A stretch of DNA of 63,899 bases, taken from Chiloscyllium plagiosum (taxonomy: Eukaryota). Below the pieces are notes generated by a model. It did no database searches. It saw nothing but the letters and a program-made list of their open reading frames with translations, and was not told the origin of the DNA. The stretch is from NCBI RefSeq assembly GCF_004010195.1, contig NC_057755.1:3805462-3869360 (forward strand), written 5' to 3'. Positions 63,891-63,899 of this stretch are shown one piece after another. Both the position numbers and the translations under genes were made by a program. Within the stretch, counting starts at the first letter, position 1. Every line of letters starts with the position of its first letter.

Positions 63891-63899
63891 CCCCCCCCC

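Overview
This is repeat-dense vertebrate DNA, almost certainly from an elasmobranch (shark or ray), judging by HE1-type SINEs, abundant CR1 LINE fragments, Penelope elements and shark-type GPR139-like GPCR relics. I found no intact protein-coding gene. (1) A defective class I endogenous retrovirus lies at 105-7497 (+), with both LTRs, a tRNA-Pro PBS, a PPT and decayed gag/pol/env. Its NC-protease-RT core is replaced by a ~1.3-1.4 kb AT-rich module. (2) That module has a clear inverted homologue at 33445-35505, inside a second, unclassified ~5 kb decayed LTR/ERV-like element, so the provirus appears to be a recombinant. (3) A Gmr1-type Gypsy element with protease-then-integrase order lies at 13838-16896 (-). 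(4) Several Penelope fragments carry minimal hammerhead-ribozyme motifs, one with an intact core at 40623-40662. (5) Three class A GPCR pseudogene relics lie at 50.9-63.8 kb. (6) The rest is CR1, RTE, Rex1/Babar-like and Vingi-like LINE fragments, simple repeats, two near-perfect tandem duplications and a 485-nt N gap (59933-60417). All alignments and translations were done by eye and family assignments rest on remembered motifs, so repeat boundaries are approximate.
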